Below are positions 47,784 through 59,662 of a stretch of DNA of 64,000 nt, one piece after another. A model generated the notes under the pieces. That model saw nothing but the letters and a program-made list of their open reading frames with translations, did no database searches and was not told where the DNA came from. A program made the translations under genes and the position numbers. Numbering within the stretch: position 1 is the stretch's first letter; each line of letters begins with the position of its first letter. The DNA comes from Desulfosoma sp. (lineage in GTDB: Bacteria > Desulfobacterota > Syntrophobacteria > Syntrophobacterales > DSM-9756): assembly GCA_037481835.1 (NCBI GenBank), contig JBBFKW010000003.1, positions 1 to 64,000 of the forward strand, in the 5' to 3' direction.

Positions 47784-49163
47784 TCAGTCTTCAGGGGCGC
47801 TCTCCTCTTTGCCGCCGTGCCCGTCGTCTTTGACGCCCATGAGGAAACCCCGCACGTGTTCCGGCAAAGCGCCGGCTTTCTTTTCAAGGCTCGGGCGCAC
47901 GTGCTCCCGGGTGAGGCTTTCCACGTCCCTGAACCGCATATTCAAGAGGCGCAGCCACTCCTCGTTGAACGGTTTCCACAGGGCCTCTTTCGACGCCCCG
48001 CCGATGGACTCGGCGCACAGGTGCGAGACATGGAGCATGGCCACGAGAGGACGCACCTCGACGGGCAGCTGTTCCGGAGGGCTGAAAATGGGGTAGTCCT
48101 GGAATTCCACGGCGCGGCAGACATTTTCAGGGATGTTCCATTCCTCCAACAAAAGCGCCCCCAGCTTTGCCGGATCCAGAATGTCGATGAGGACGGAAAG
48201 CTTGGGGTTTTGCTTTTTCATGAGCAGCAAGACGCTCTTGCCGATATCGTGCAACAGGGCGATGGTGCTCATCATGGAGGCCTGCTGGCGGTTGAACAGC
48301 TGTGCGATTTCGTAGGCCACATGGGAAATGACCACCGAGTGGTTGTGCAGGGCTCGAAACGGCGGCGTGTTGGGCATGGTGCGGCGCAGTCCGTCGGCGA
48401 TGACCAGCTGGTAGACCTGGTTGAAGCCCAGGAGGATGACGGCGTGCTGGAAGTCGGAAATTTTCTTTTGCCAATTGTAATAAGCGGAATTCACCCGTTT
48501 GAGCACGGCGCTCACCAAGGACGGGTCGTTTTTGGCCAAGGCGGCCACGTCCTTGGCCGACACGTTGGCGTCCAGGAGCATTTGGGCCAACCGGCTGGCG
48601 TACATGGGAAGCTGGGGCACTTTTTTCAGCATCCCCACGATCATTTCCGACTGCGTGTAATCCTGGGTGCGTTCCACGATGCTGCGGCGCACGAACCGGG
48701 TCATGAAATCGCACTGGGCAGCAAGGCTTTCCTGGCGGGCGACGGTCTCAGAGAGATGCCTCTGGAAAGTCTCCACGAGCTTCTTCGTAAGAAAGGCGGT
48801 GAGAGGCGGATCTAGCGTGTCCAGAATGCCCTCGGGAAAGGAAAGCACAACGGAAGGTTGTACCGCGACGGCGGCGACGAGAGTCCCCGGGGTGCCGGAA
48901 AAAACCGTTTCGCAAAAGGCATCGCCCGCACTCAAAAGGGCCGCTTGCCTCGCCGTGGCGCCCGCTCTTTTGACGAGTCGAAGGCATCCCTTGAGCAGCA
49001 AACGAATGGCTCGGTCGGGCTCCCCTTCGCGAAAGAGCACATCTCCCGGGGCGAGGTTTTTCAGCGCCCCCGCGTTGTAGAGCCCGATAAAGGTCTTTTC
49101 GTCCACCTCTCCGAGGCTCTTGGTCCCCTCGTGATCCAGCATCGTTTTCGGCGTTCCTCTCAT
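47784..49163 (-). CDS. cNMP-binding domain + HDOD protein
   Basis: GDVLFREGE...LLKG (cNMP); NDPSL...VNSAYY, LLHDIGK, W.IP (HDOD). Confidence 0.82.
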   Translation of the reverse strand: MRGTPKTMLDHEGTKSLGEVDEKTFIGLYNAGALKNLAPGDVLFREGEPDRAIRLLLKGCLRLVKRAGATARQAALLSAGDAFCETVFSGTPGTLVAAVAVQPSVVLSFPEGILDTLDPPLTAFLTKKLVETFQRHLSETVARQESLAAQCDFMTRFVRRSIVERTQDYTQSEMIVGMLKKVPQLPMYASRLAQMLLDANVSAKDVAALAKNDPSLVSAVLKRVNSAYYNWQKKISDFQHAVILLGFNQVYQLVIADGLRRTMPNTPPFRALHNHSVVISHVAYEIAQLFNRQQASMMSTIALLHDIGKSVLLLMKKQNPKLSVLIDILDPAKLGALLLEEWNIPENVCRAVEFQDYPIFSPPEQLPVEVRPLVAMLHVSHLCAESIGGASKEALWKPFNEEWLRLLNMRFRDVESLTREHVRPSLEKKAGALPEHVRGFLMGVKDDGHGGKEESAPED

Positions 49164-49237
49164 GGAGCGCTCCGTCTTAGGGTTTCGGACCGATCTCTTC
49201 CACTAGATCATTCGGTCGATCGGGTGCAAAAGGTTAA

Positions 49238-51363
<2,126 letters not shown>

Positions 51364-51386
51364 GATCCTTCCCTCCGCCGCCGGCC

Positions 51387-53639
51387 CTAGGGTGTGGTGC
51401 TCAAGGACAGGTCGCCTTCTTGGGCGAAGGTGCCGCCGATTTGCCCCAATCCGACCAGGACGAGGGCCAGGGTGACTTCCCTGTCCTCGGCTTCTTCCCG
51501 GTAGCTTAAGCGAATCCCCCAGCAGCCGTGCCGGTATTGGACACCGTAAATCTGCTTGAAGGATTCCTGCTTTTCGAAAGAATAGTCGTAGAGCGCGTAG
51601 AGGCTGAGGCGGGGATGGACCTGCACGGCCGCACTGCCGATGATTTCGTCCACATTGGGGGCCTCGCGGTACCGGTACGTCACGTGCGCCCAATCACCCC
51701 GATGGGAATTGAGCCACAGGGAAAGGTCGTGGAGGGTGGTGCGGGTTTGGGACGGGGAGTAAGTGGCGTCATAGGACAGGGTGAGATACTGCTCCGGAGT
51801 GATGTCCACGGCCAACTGGACGTCGGAAAAGCGCTTTCCCGGCTGGGTTTCGATGGGAGGTTTATCGATGTCGTCCTCCAAAAGATACGCCTGGTGCACC
51901 CCGACCCGGGCCCATTCCCGATACGCTGTCCACGGTTCCCTGGTTCCCGTGGTCAGGCCCGTTTTCTTGGTGGTAAAGAAGCTGGAAAAACCGTAAACGA
52001 CGGTGTTTTGGCGGCTGATCCGGTCTAGGGCATCGAACAAGGGAAGGTCGCCTTGGTCGATGTCGGGGATATAAGTGTAAAACAGGTCCGGCCGAATGAC
52101 GTGCTGCACGGCCAAGGTCTCGGACGGTCGATAGACCCGTTCCAGGCGCGTTGTGGCGCTCAGGCGCGCTTCCGGAACCCATCGCGAGTCGAAACCCGAA
52201 GCGCCGTCACTGTTTCCGTCCGTCTGGTACAGAGTGGATCGCAGTCCCACGGAAGGTTCCACGGCCAGGTAGGGAAACCACTGCAGGGGGGAAGACACTG
52301 ACGGGGCGATGTCGGTGCGGACTCCCGTTTCTCCTTCAGGGCGCCAGAAATGGACCACGGACGAATCCACCGTGTAGTACGCGGGCCATGACTCGATGAG
52401 AGAAGGGGTCACCGCGGCGCGGAGGTAGGGCAGGTGCTGGATCGTCGTTTCATCGAGCGAGCGGTCCAGCTGATCCCAATAGCGGACATCCATGCTGGCG
52501 ACGGCCGATTCCCAGCGCCGCAACAGGTACAGGCTCGACTCGCGGCTCGTCACCGTCTCGTCGTTCAGGATTTCCCGTTGGCTCACACGCCGAAAGGCGC
52601 GGTTCGTAGCCGTTTGGGAAACGGATCCGGACTTGAATTCTTTTAGAAAATTGCGGTCGCTCACCATGTCCAGATCCACGAACATTTCCACGTCGTGGGG
52701 CAGGGCCGCGCTGTGGCGGGCGCGCAGCCAGTAGCGGTCCTTTTCCTGGAAGGGGTATCCCTTGTCCGCAAGATGATCCCGGTCGGCCTGGTCTTCCAAG
52801 ACGTTCAGCATCCAGACTCCTTCGCCCAGTGTGGCATGGGCGATGCGGTATTCGGCGCCGAGCATGGCCCCTCGTTTTTCCATGGCGTTCACGGAAAAGG
52901 TCCAGTCCATGTCTTGCCGCCACGCCCAGTAGAAAGGCACTTCCACGTAAGGTCCATGAAGGGTGCTGGACCCGAAGGTGGGCATGAGAAAGCCCGATTG
53001 CCGCTCCCGGTTCACGGGAAAGAGGGCGAAGGGGGTGTAGAAGACGGGGATCTTGCCCAGGCGCAGAACGCCGTGCTTGGCCCAGCCCAGCCCGTCCACC
53101 GTGACATCCATGTCGGCGAAGGAGACGGACCAGTCCGGGGAAGACGGATCGCACGTGGTCAGGGTGCCTCGAGACACATGGTAGCGGTCTGGCCCTCGCT
53201 TCGTGATGCTTTTTCCCGAGACGTAGAAACCGTTATCGGAAAAGTACACCGTGCCGCCGTCCACCCATCCCGTTTCCGTGTCCAAATGCCAGATGACCTT
53301 GTCTCCCGTGAGCCAATCCGATCCGTATTGGATGCGCACGGACCCCGCCAATTGGGCTTCCTGGCGGTTGAGGTCCACCTGGGCCCAGTCGGCGCGGATG
53401 GACTTGTCTTGAGAGCTGATGCGCACGTCCCCTTCCGCCTGGTAGATGCGGTTGAGGGCGTCGTAGCGCAGGGTTTGGGCTTCAATGGACCACGGTGCAT
53501 CGCCTTGGGAAAAGAAGTTCTTGGCCTGGGACGGGTCCGCAGCGGCGGCGTGTCCGTCAGGGCACACAGGGCGCCACAGGAGCGCCGCCAGCCCGAGGGC
53601 CGCGAACCAAAGGGAGAGGAAAAAGCGACGTCGGCGCAT
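51387..53639 (-). CDS. lptD: LPS-assembly outer membrane protein
   Basis: Signal peptide, OstA-like N-domain, TTC...P.W, RQSGFLMP, long beta-strand region, CW near C-terminus. Confidence 0.88.
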   Translation of the reverse strand: MRRRRFFLSLWFAALGLAALLWRPVCPDGHAAAADPSQAKNFFSQGDAPWSIEAQTLRYDALNRIYQAEGDVRISSQDKSIRADWAQVDLNRQEAQLAGSVRIQYGSDWLTGDKVIWHLDTETGWVDGGTVYFSDNGFYVSGKSITKRGPDRYHVSRGTLTTCDPSSPDWSVSFADMDVTVDGLGWAKHGVLRLGKIPVFYTPFALFPVNRERQSGFLMPTFGSSTLHGPYVEVPFYWAWRQDMDWTFSVNAMEKRGAMLGAEYRIAHATLGEGVWMLNVLEDQADRDHLADKGYPFQEKDRYWLRARHSAALPHDVEMFVDLDMVSDRNFLKEFKSGSVSQTATNRAFRRVSQREILNDETVTSRESSLYLLRRWESAVASMDVRYWDQLDRSLDETTIQHLPYLRAAVTPSLIESWPAYYTVDSSVVHFWRPEGETGVRTDIAPSVSSPLQWFPYLAVEPSVGLRSTLYQTDGNSDGASGFDSRWVPEARLSATTRLERVYRPSETLAVQHVIRPDLFYTYIPDIDQGDLPLFDALDRISRQNTVVYGFSSFFTTKKTGLTTGTREPWTAYREWARVGVHQAYLLEDDIDKPPIETQPGKRFSDVQLAVDITPEQYLTLSYDATYSPSQTRTTLHDLSLWLNSHRGDWAHVTYRYREAPNVDEIIGSAAVQVHPRLSLYALYDYSFEKQESFKQIYGVQYRHGCWGIRLSYREEAEDREVTLALVLVGLGQIGGTFAQEGDLSLSTTP

Positions 53640-53644
53640 GGTCT

Positions 53645-54988
53645 TTAGGCCAGCAAGCGGTCATGCACTTGAGACGGTTCTCCGTAAAGCTCCTTCACTT
53701 CCCCGGCGAAATAAAGGGATCCGGTAATGCACACAACATCGTCGGGCGATGCCAGGGATTTGGCCTGAGCGATGGCTTTCGCCGGCTCGGGGATGACGTA
53801 GATTTTCTTGATGAGCGGGGAGGCAAGGCGCCTGAGCGTTTCCGGGTCAGCGGCCCGGCCGTAGCGCGGCCGAGTGAACACGGCCGTTTCCGCCATCGGC
53901 AGCAGGCGGCGGAAAATGCCGCGGATATCCTTGTCGGCCATGATGCCCATGACCAAGTGGAGACGGCGGTAGGCGAAGGTGGTCGTCAGGGCCGTGCGGA
54001 GGGATTCGGCGCCGTGAGGGTTGTGGGCTCCGTCCAAGACGACCAAAGGGGAGGTCTCCAGAATCTCCAGCCGGCCGGGCCATTGCACCTGCTCAAGTCC
54101 TTGGGAGACGAGCGTGGGATTCAAAAGGAGCGCGCCTTTGGCTTCGACGATTTCGAGGGCGGCCAAGGCTGTGGCGGCGTTGGTGTATTGGTGTTCTCCG
54201 AGAAGTCCCAAAGGAAGGTCAGGCCAATTGTGGGACAAGCCGTGATAGTGGAACCGTTGCGGGCCGTTTCGGCGCGACCGGAAATGGATACCGTAGCGGA
54301 AAAGGGGCGCTCTTTTTTTCAGGCAGGTGGTCTTCAGCGTGCTTTGGACGACGGGCTGGCGCGCGGCGGTCACCACAGGCGTGGCGTCCTTGATGATCCC
54401 CGCCTTTTCCCGCGCAATGGCCGAAAGGCCGGGCCCCAGGAACTCCTGGTGGTCCATGGCCACGTTCGTGATGACGGCCACTTCCGGGTAAATGACGTTG
54501 GTGGCATCCAATCGCCCGCCCATGCCCGTTTCCACCACGGCCCAATCCACCTTCTCCTGGGCGAAATAATGGAACGCCATGGCGGTGACGGCTTCGAAGA
54601 AGGTGGGCCACTCGTCCCCGGTCATCACGGCCATGAGCTCTTGAAAGACCTGAAAAATCCTATCCGCCGGCGCTTCACGGTCGTTGATGCGAAACCGTTC
54701 TGTAAAGCGCACCAGGTGGGGGGAGGTGTACAGGCCCACACGGAAACCGTGGCTCTTCAAAATGGAAGAGATCATGGCCGCCGTGGACCCCTTGCCGTTG
54801 GTTCCCGCGATGTGGATGGAGCGAAATCGCAGATGCGGGTTGCCCAGCCGTTGCAGGAGGTTTTCCGTCCGGTTCAACCCGAACTTGATCCCCACTTTCT
54901 GCAAGCGGCACAGAAAATCGACGGCGGAATCATAGTCAGGTATGGTGTTCGTCATCAGTGCGAACCGCGCGTGTTTAAGCCTCTCCAT
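53645..54988 (-). CDS. folC: Folylpolyglutamate synthase/dihydrofolate synthase
   Basis: HIAGTNGKGS, YTSPHL, ETGMGGRLDATN, WPGR, DGAHN, GSLY. Confidence 0.96.
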   Translation of the reverse strand: MERLKHARFALMTNTIPDYDSAVDFLCRLQKVGIKFGLNRTENLLQRLGNPHLRFRSIHIAGTNGKGSTAAMISSILKSHGFRVGLYTSPHLVRFTERFRINDREAPADRIFQVFQELMAVMTGDEWPTFFEAVTAMAFHYFAQEKVDWAVVETGMGGRLDATNVIYPEVAVITNVAMDHQEFLGPGLSAIAREKAGIIKDATPVVTAARQPVVQSTLKTTCLKKRAPLFRYGIHFRSRRNGPQRFHYHGLSHNWPDLPLGLLGEHQYTNAATALAALEIVEAKGALLLNPTLVSQGLEQVQWPGRLEILETSPLVVLDGAHNPHGAESLRTALTTTFAYRRLHLVMGIMADKDIRGIFRRLLPMAETAVFTRPRYGRAADPETLRRLASPLIKKIYVIPEPAKAIAQAKSLASPDDVVCITGSLYFAGEVKELYGEPSQVHDRLLA

Positions 54989-55139
54989 TCCCTCATGGGG
55001 CCGGCCCGGGCCGAAACCCGGCGTTCCCGCTCTTCAGGGCGTTGTCGGCTCTCTTCCTAGCACAGTTCGCTGGAGGATGAAAGGCGGGAAAAATTCGCCT
55101 TTGCGGGCCGCATCCCTATCCCGGATGCGGCCCGATCCC

Positions 55140-55751
55140 TCAGCTGGGTCTCGGCGTGTAAAGGACGGCTACGGCCCGAGCCGGCTTGTCGCCGACGCAC
55201 CGGAAACTGTGGCTCAGATCAGAATCAAAGTAAATGCTGTCTCCCGCCCGCAAGATTTCCACGCGATCCACGGTCCGGAATTCCACCTCCCCCTCCAGGA
55301 TGAACAGGAATTCCTCCCCTTCGTGGCTCTGGAACACCATCCGATCCGCGTCCTGAACGGGAAATTCCACCAGGAAAGGTTCCATGTGCTTGTAGCGCTT
55401 TCGAAATTCCAAGGACTCGTAAATGTAATTCGTCTCCCCCTTGCTCTGATGCGGGCGCCTTTCCAGCCTGGAGCGCTCCTCGGGCCGCGTAATGGAAATT
55501 TTTTCGTCCGTTTCCTGTTCTTGGAAAAAGTGGGCGAGGGTGACGTTCAAGGCCCGAGCCAGTTTCATGAGGGTGGCGATGGGGGGGACGACATGGTCGT
55601 TTTCGATTTGCGACAAAAAAGGCTTGGACAATCCCGTCTTTTGAGCCAGATCCTGCAAGGTGTACTTGTGCTGCTGGCGGAGTTCCCGCACTTTGTGCCC
55701 GATTTTCAACGCCTTCACAGCCAGGTGGATGTCGTCTTGACCGGCCATCAT
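55140..55751 (-). CDS. XRE-family HTH regulator with cupin domain
   Basis: TLQDLAQKTGLSKPFLSQIEN; HEGEEF, GDSIYFDS...H. Confidence 0.9.
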   Translation of the reverse strand: MMAGQDDIHLAVKALKIGHKVRELRQQHKYTLQDLAQKTGLSKPFLSQIENDHVVPPIATLMKLARALNVTLAHFFQEQETDEKISITRPEERSRLERRPHQSKGETNYIYESLEFRKRYKHMEPFLVEFPVQDADRMVFQSHEGEEFLFILEGEVEFRTVDRVEILRAGDSIYFDSDLSHSFRCVGDKPARAVAVLYTPRPS

Positions 55752-55844
55752 GCCTCCTTTTCCCTGTTCCCTGTGCCATGGGGTTTAGGCCCGACGAATA
55801 TGCATGCCCTGGGGAGAATGGGTGGAGGTGGAGACAAGATCGGG

Positions 55845-55879
55845 AAGATGGGCCCCCTGTCCTGTTGGGGGCCCATCTT
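55845..55879. other. Perfect 13-bp inverted repeat (hairpin or operator)
   Basis: AAGATGGGCCCCC-N9-GGGGGCCCATCTT between the cupin and XRE genes; no U-tract. Confidence 0.45.
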
Positions 55880-55955
55880 AGCGGAAACTTGATTTGATGG
55901 GAACAAAATTCTGGAGGCGGGCCTTTGGCACGGGGGTTCCAGGCGGAAGAACCTC

Positions 55956-56273
55956 TCAGATGGGCGGCGCGATGGTGACAACAACGCGCATGGCCGATCG
56001 GGCACGGATGCCGTGGGGTTCTGCGATGTCGCACACCACCATGTCGCCCGCCGCGACGGGGATTGTCTTATCGTCGCCCGCCAGGTAGTCCCCTTCGCCT
56101 TCAAGGATGAGCAGACTCACCTGGCCTTCGATGTCGTGGGCGTGCAGCGGCAGAGCTTGGCCGGGCAAAAAGTTGAAGTTGAGGATCTTGAAATAGGGCG
56201 AATCGTGGACGATGAGCCGTTTCATTCCCTTTTCCGAGAAATCGTTGGCGCGGATGATATTGATGTGTTTCAT
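55956..56273 (-). CDS. Cupin domain protein
   Basis: GQALPLHAH, EGEG, GD...PHG. Confidence 0.88.
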   Translation of the reverse strand: MKHINIIRANDFSEKGMKRLIVHDSPYFKILNFNFLPGQALPLHAHDIEGQVSLLILEGEGDYLAGDDKTIPVAAGDMVVCDIAEPHGIRARSAMRVVVTIAPPI

Positions 56274-57055
56274 GAGGTGGCTCCTTTCGAGGCTGCCTCG
56301 CGGGCTTCAGCGGCAATGACGGTTCGTGTTTCCAAAATGTCCCCGCGGACGCCGATGACGATGTCGTCCAAGGGGATCCTTGTGCCCGCCTTTTCCATGG
56401 CTTTTTTCACAACGCCCAAAAGAGCCGAACAGCATGGGACTTCCATGGACAGGACGGTCACGGAACGGATGGGGTTTGAAGCGAAGATTTGGGCGAACCG
56501 TTCCACATATTCGGCCACGTTGTCGAACTTGGGACAACCGATCATGACCACGCGGCCGTTGAGGAAACGGCCGTGAAAGTCGGGGACGGCCACCGCCGTG
56601 CAGTCCGCCGCGACCAACAAGTCCGCGCCGCGCAGGAACGGGGCGTTGGGGGGAATGAGCCGGATTTGCACGGGCCAATGGCCTAGGGCCGAAGCGGCCG
56701 AACCCGACGTTGGGGCCGGAGCCGGCGCTTTGTCCAGGATGCGAATCTGTTGGGACGGACACTGAGGGACCGCCGCCAGGACGTGGCTTTCGGAATCGGG
56801 GCGTGCCTGCTTGTTTTCCAGGTACCGCTCCACGGCTTCCGGGTCGAAATCCTCCGCTTCCCGTTCGATGAGCCGCAAGGCCCCCTGAGGGCATTCGCCC
56901 AGGCAGGCGCCAAGGCCGTCGCAGTAGGTGTCGGAGACCAGGGTCGCCTTGCCGTCGATGATCTCGATGGCCCCTTCGGCGCAGGCGATGACACACTGGC
57001 CGCATCCGTCGCAGCGTTCCTGATCGATTTCAATGATTTTTCGAAGGATCTTCAT
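56270..57055 (-). CDS. 4Fe-4S ferredoxin-domain protein (family often found with hcp)
   Basis: CDGCGQC...C.EGA, CDGLGACLGECP, WPVQ, ADC, GCPK.D, MEVPCC. Confidence 0.85.
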   Translation of the reverse strand: MKILRKIIEIDQERCDGCGQCVIACAEGAIEIIDGKATLVSDTYCDGLGACLGECPQGALRLIEREAEDFDPEAVERYLENKQARPDSESHVLAAVPQCPSQQIRILDKAPAPAPTSGSAASALGHWPVQIRLIPPNAPFLRGADLLVAADCTAVAVPDFHGRFLNGRVVMIGCPKFDNVAEYVERFAQIFASNPIRSVTVLSMEVPCCSALLGVVKKAMEKAGTRIPLDDIVIGVRGDILETRTVIAAEAREAASKGATS

Positions 57056-57102
57056 CGCTTAAGCTCCTCATGTCTCCGGCGGGCGCTCGTCGCCCGCCTT
57101 TG

Positions 57103-57804
57103 TTAAAACCTTTCTCCGTTGACCATCCGTTCGGCCATGGCTCGCGCCGCCTCGCTCATGAGAGCCCCAAGGGCGCTCTCCCGCAGGTCCCGAGCCCTTT
57201 CGGGATTTTTTGCCAGGGTTTCTTCCAAGTGCGCCAGGGTGTGGGCGTCCCGGACGCACTGTTCGTTGACGCCGCCCTCAGAGGCTGTCTCGGCCATGGC
57301 GGCGATGATGGTGCAGACTTCATCCACCAGGTCCGGGCGCGCTCCAAGCCGGGAGAGGATGTCCCGGGCCGCCTGGGAAGCCGCATCGGTTCCAGCCGCG
57401 GAACCGGCTTCGTGGAGCAAGGCCGCGATCAAGACCACTGCGGGTTCCGCGCCGAGGGGCATGGCCAGCTTTTCGGCGAATCGGGCGACTCGGCCTGCAT
57501 GGGCGATGCGTTTGAAGTCCCGCCCGAAGTGTTTTTTCATTTCCACGGCGACGCGATCCTTCAGAAGATTTTCCCTTTGGGCCAAAAGTTCCGGCGGCAG
57601 GTCCCCCAGGCACTGATCGGCAAACTTGCAGTAGGCCGCGCACCCGAAGTCCATCTGGGGGTTCACGAACTTATGGCCGCACGTGGGGCATTTTCTGCTC
57701 GTTTCGTCCTTGAAAAACTCCACCGTCCGGCCGCACTTGGGGCATTGGGCTTCAAAAATGGCCCCGGGCTTCCAAAACCGGCTGTCTTGTCCCGGACATC
57801 TCAT
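57103..57804 (-). CDS. Cys-rich zinc-ribbon + HD-like domain protein
   Basis: CPGQD...CPKCG...CPTCG...GCAAYC...C; RIAHA, ALLHE, DA. Confidence 0.75.
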   Translation of the reverse strand: MRCPGQDSRFWKPGAIFEAQCPKCGRTVEFFKDETSRKCPTCGHKFVNPQMDFGCAAYCKFADQCLGDLPPELLAQRENLLKDRVAVEMKKHFGRDFKRIAHAGRVARFAEKLAMPLGAEPAVVLIAALLHEAGSAAGTDAASQAARDILSRLGARPDLVDEVCTIIAAMAETASEGGVNEQCVRDAHTLAHLEETLAKNPERARDLRESALGALMSEAARAMAERMVNGERF

Positions 57805-57881
57805 GGTGTGGGCTCCTCTTTTCGCGGCATGGGGTCGTTTTCTTTCTGCATTCTCAATCTAAGGATGTTTCGCCTCCATCG

Positions 57882-57899
57882 CCTTGATTTAAGTCAAGG
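57882..57899. promoter_or_regulatory. CRP/FNR-family (HcpR-type) binding palindrome
   Basis: CCTTGA-TTTAAG-TCAAGG; -10-like TAGATT on the minus strand at 57856-57861, class II spacing. Confidence 0.65.
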
Positions 57900-58028
57900 G
57901 CCGGTTTTTTCTTCGTTCCCTCCGCCAGTCCCGCATATGCCCTTGCCAATCCGCCAAGATGCGTTAATTAAAGAGGGCTTTCGTCGAGGGTACTTTTTGA
58001 CTCTTTTCAATGCCGACGAGGCCGGCCG

Positions 58029-58853
58029 GTGAACTCTTCCCAGCGCCTGTGCTGTTTCTTGGACGAAGTCTATCATCGATATCATCGCCGCGAGATGGTG
58101 CCTCCGGACCCGCTGCAGTGCCTCTACGCCTACGAGGACCCTGCGGAAAGGGAAGTGGCGGCGCTGCTGGCCGCTTCTCTTGCGGTGGGAAAAGCCCAGA
58201 GCATCGTGTGCCAGGTGAGCGCCGTCCTTTCCCGAATGGGGCCCAAGCCGGCTTCTTTCCTGAAACAGGCGGATGCCGAGGAACTGCATCGGGTGTGTCG
58301 GGGGTTTCGGTACCGATTTTTTTCGGAAGACGAACTTCGGGCTTTTCTCGGCGGCGTGGCGGAGACCCTTCGCCTTTACGGCTCCTTGGAAGCGGCCATG
58401 GCCCGCAGCCTGAAAGGCTGCCGAGGGGACGTGCTCGGGGCGCTGGATCTTTTCGCCACCGAATTGTCCCGTGCCGCAGCCGCCGGAGGGGCGCCGAAAA
58501 ACCGGTTGGTGGCGTTGCCGTCGAGCGGCAGCGCATGCAAGCGATGGCATCTCTTTCTTCGGTGGATGGTGCGCTGCGATGACGTGGACCCCGGCGGCTG
58601 GTCGTGTCTCAAGCCTCGGGATCTTATCGTCCCCGTGGACACCCACATGTTCGCCATCGCCCGCACGTGCCGGCTCACAGGTCGCCGGCAGGGCGACCTC
58701 AAAACCGCTTTGGAAATCACGGAAGGGTTTCGGCGCATCCGCCCCGAGGATCCCGTCCGGTACGATTTTTCATTGACGCGAATGGCCATGAAAGACAAGG
58801 CATTGTTGGATTCATGGTGGCCGGCTTCGAACATAAAAGAAGGAGAGAACTGA
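58029..58853 (+). CDS. TIGR02757 family protein
   Basis: DPL, SACKR..LFLRWMVR.D.VD.G.W, VPVDTH, DPVRYDF. Confidence 0.88.
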   Translation: MNSSQRLCCFLDEVYHRYHRREMVPPDPLQCLYAYEDPAEREVAALLAASLAVGKAQSIVCQVSAVLSRMGPKPASFLKQADAEELHRVCRGFRYRFFSEDELRAFLGGVAETLRLYGSLEAAMARSLKGCRGDVLGALDLFATELSRAAAAGGAPKNRLVALPSSGSACKRWHLFLRWMVRCDDVDPGGWSCLKPRDLIVPVDTHMFAIARTCRLTGRRQGDLKTALEITEGFRRIRPEDPVRYDFSLTRMAMKDKALLDSWWPASNIKEGEN

Positions 58854-59662
58854 TGAGGCGAACACTCTTGATCACGGCAATGGTCTTTGCGGTTCTTTGT
58901 GCGGCCTTTTCCGCCCGGGCCGTCACACCCCACGAAATCTTCCAAGGAAGCACTCTGAACCAGATCCTCCAGAGGGGCACGCTCATCGTGGGCATGGAAG
59001 TGGAGTACTACCCCTTCGAATACGCCGACACCAACGGCAAGCCCATGGGTTTCGATGTGGATCTGGCCAAACTCATCGCCCAGGAACTGGGGGTTCAGAT
59101 CGAAATCAAGGACATCGAATGGACGGGCCTCATCCCGGCGCTCCAGAGCGGCAAGGTAGATCTGGTCATTTCCGGTATGACCCGGACTTTGGCTCGGGCC
59201 AAGACGGTGAGTTTCACCGAGCCCTACTTCACCACGGGCTTGTGCGCGCTGCTCAGCGCCAAGAAGGCGGCCGACGTCCAAACCGTGGATCAATTGAACG
59301 CGCCGGATCGAGTCCTCGCCGTCAAGACGGGAACCACGGGGGATCTTGTGGCCACGAAAAAGTTTCCCAAGGCGACCATCAACCGGTTCAAGGATGAGAC
59401 GGCCTGCGTGCGCGAGGTGGTCACGGGGCGTGCCGACGCCTTTTTCTACGACCAGATTTCCATCGCCAAACACCACGCCCAGAACAAGGACACAACCCGG
59501 GCCCTCTTGAAACCCTTCACCTACGAGCCGTTCGCCATGGCCATTCGCAAGGGGGATGCCGATTTCCTCAACTGGCTGAACATCTTCTTGGACACCATTA
59601 AGGGCGACGGCCGCTACGACGAGCTTTACCAAAAGCACTTGGGAGAAATCATCAAACCATGA
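58853..59662 (+). CDS. Polar amino acid ABC transporter substrate-binding protein
   Basis: Signal peptide, PFE, GFDVD, SGMT.T..R, GTTG; RBS AGGAG. Confidence 0.92.
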   Translation: MRRTLLITAMVFAVLCAAFSARAVTPHEIFQGSTLNQILQRGTLIVGMEVEYYPFEYADTNGKPMGFDVDLAKLIAQELGVQIEIKDIEWTGLIPALQSGKVDLVISGMTRTLARAKTVSFTEPYFTTGLCALLSAKKAADVQTVDQLNAPDRVLAVKTGTTGDLVATKKFPKATINRFKDETACVREVVTGRADAFFYDQISIAKHHAQNKDTTRALLKPFTYEPFAMAIRKGDADFLNWLNIFLDTIKGDGRYDELYQKHLGEIIKP

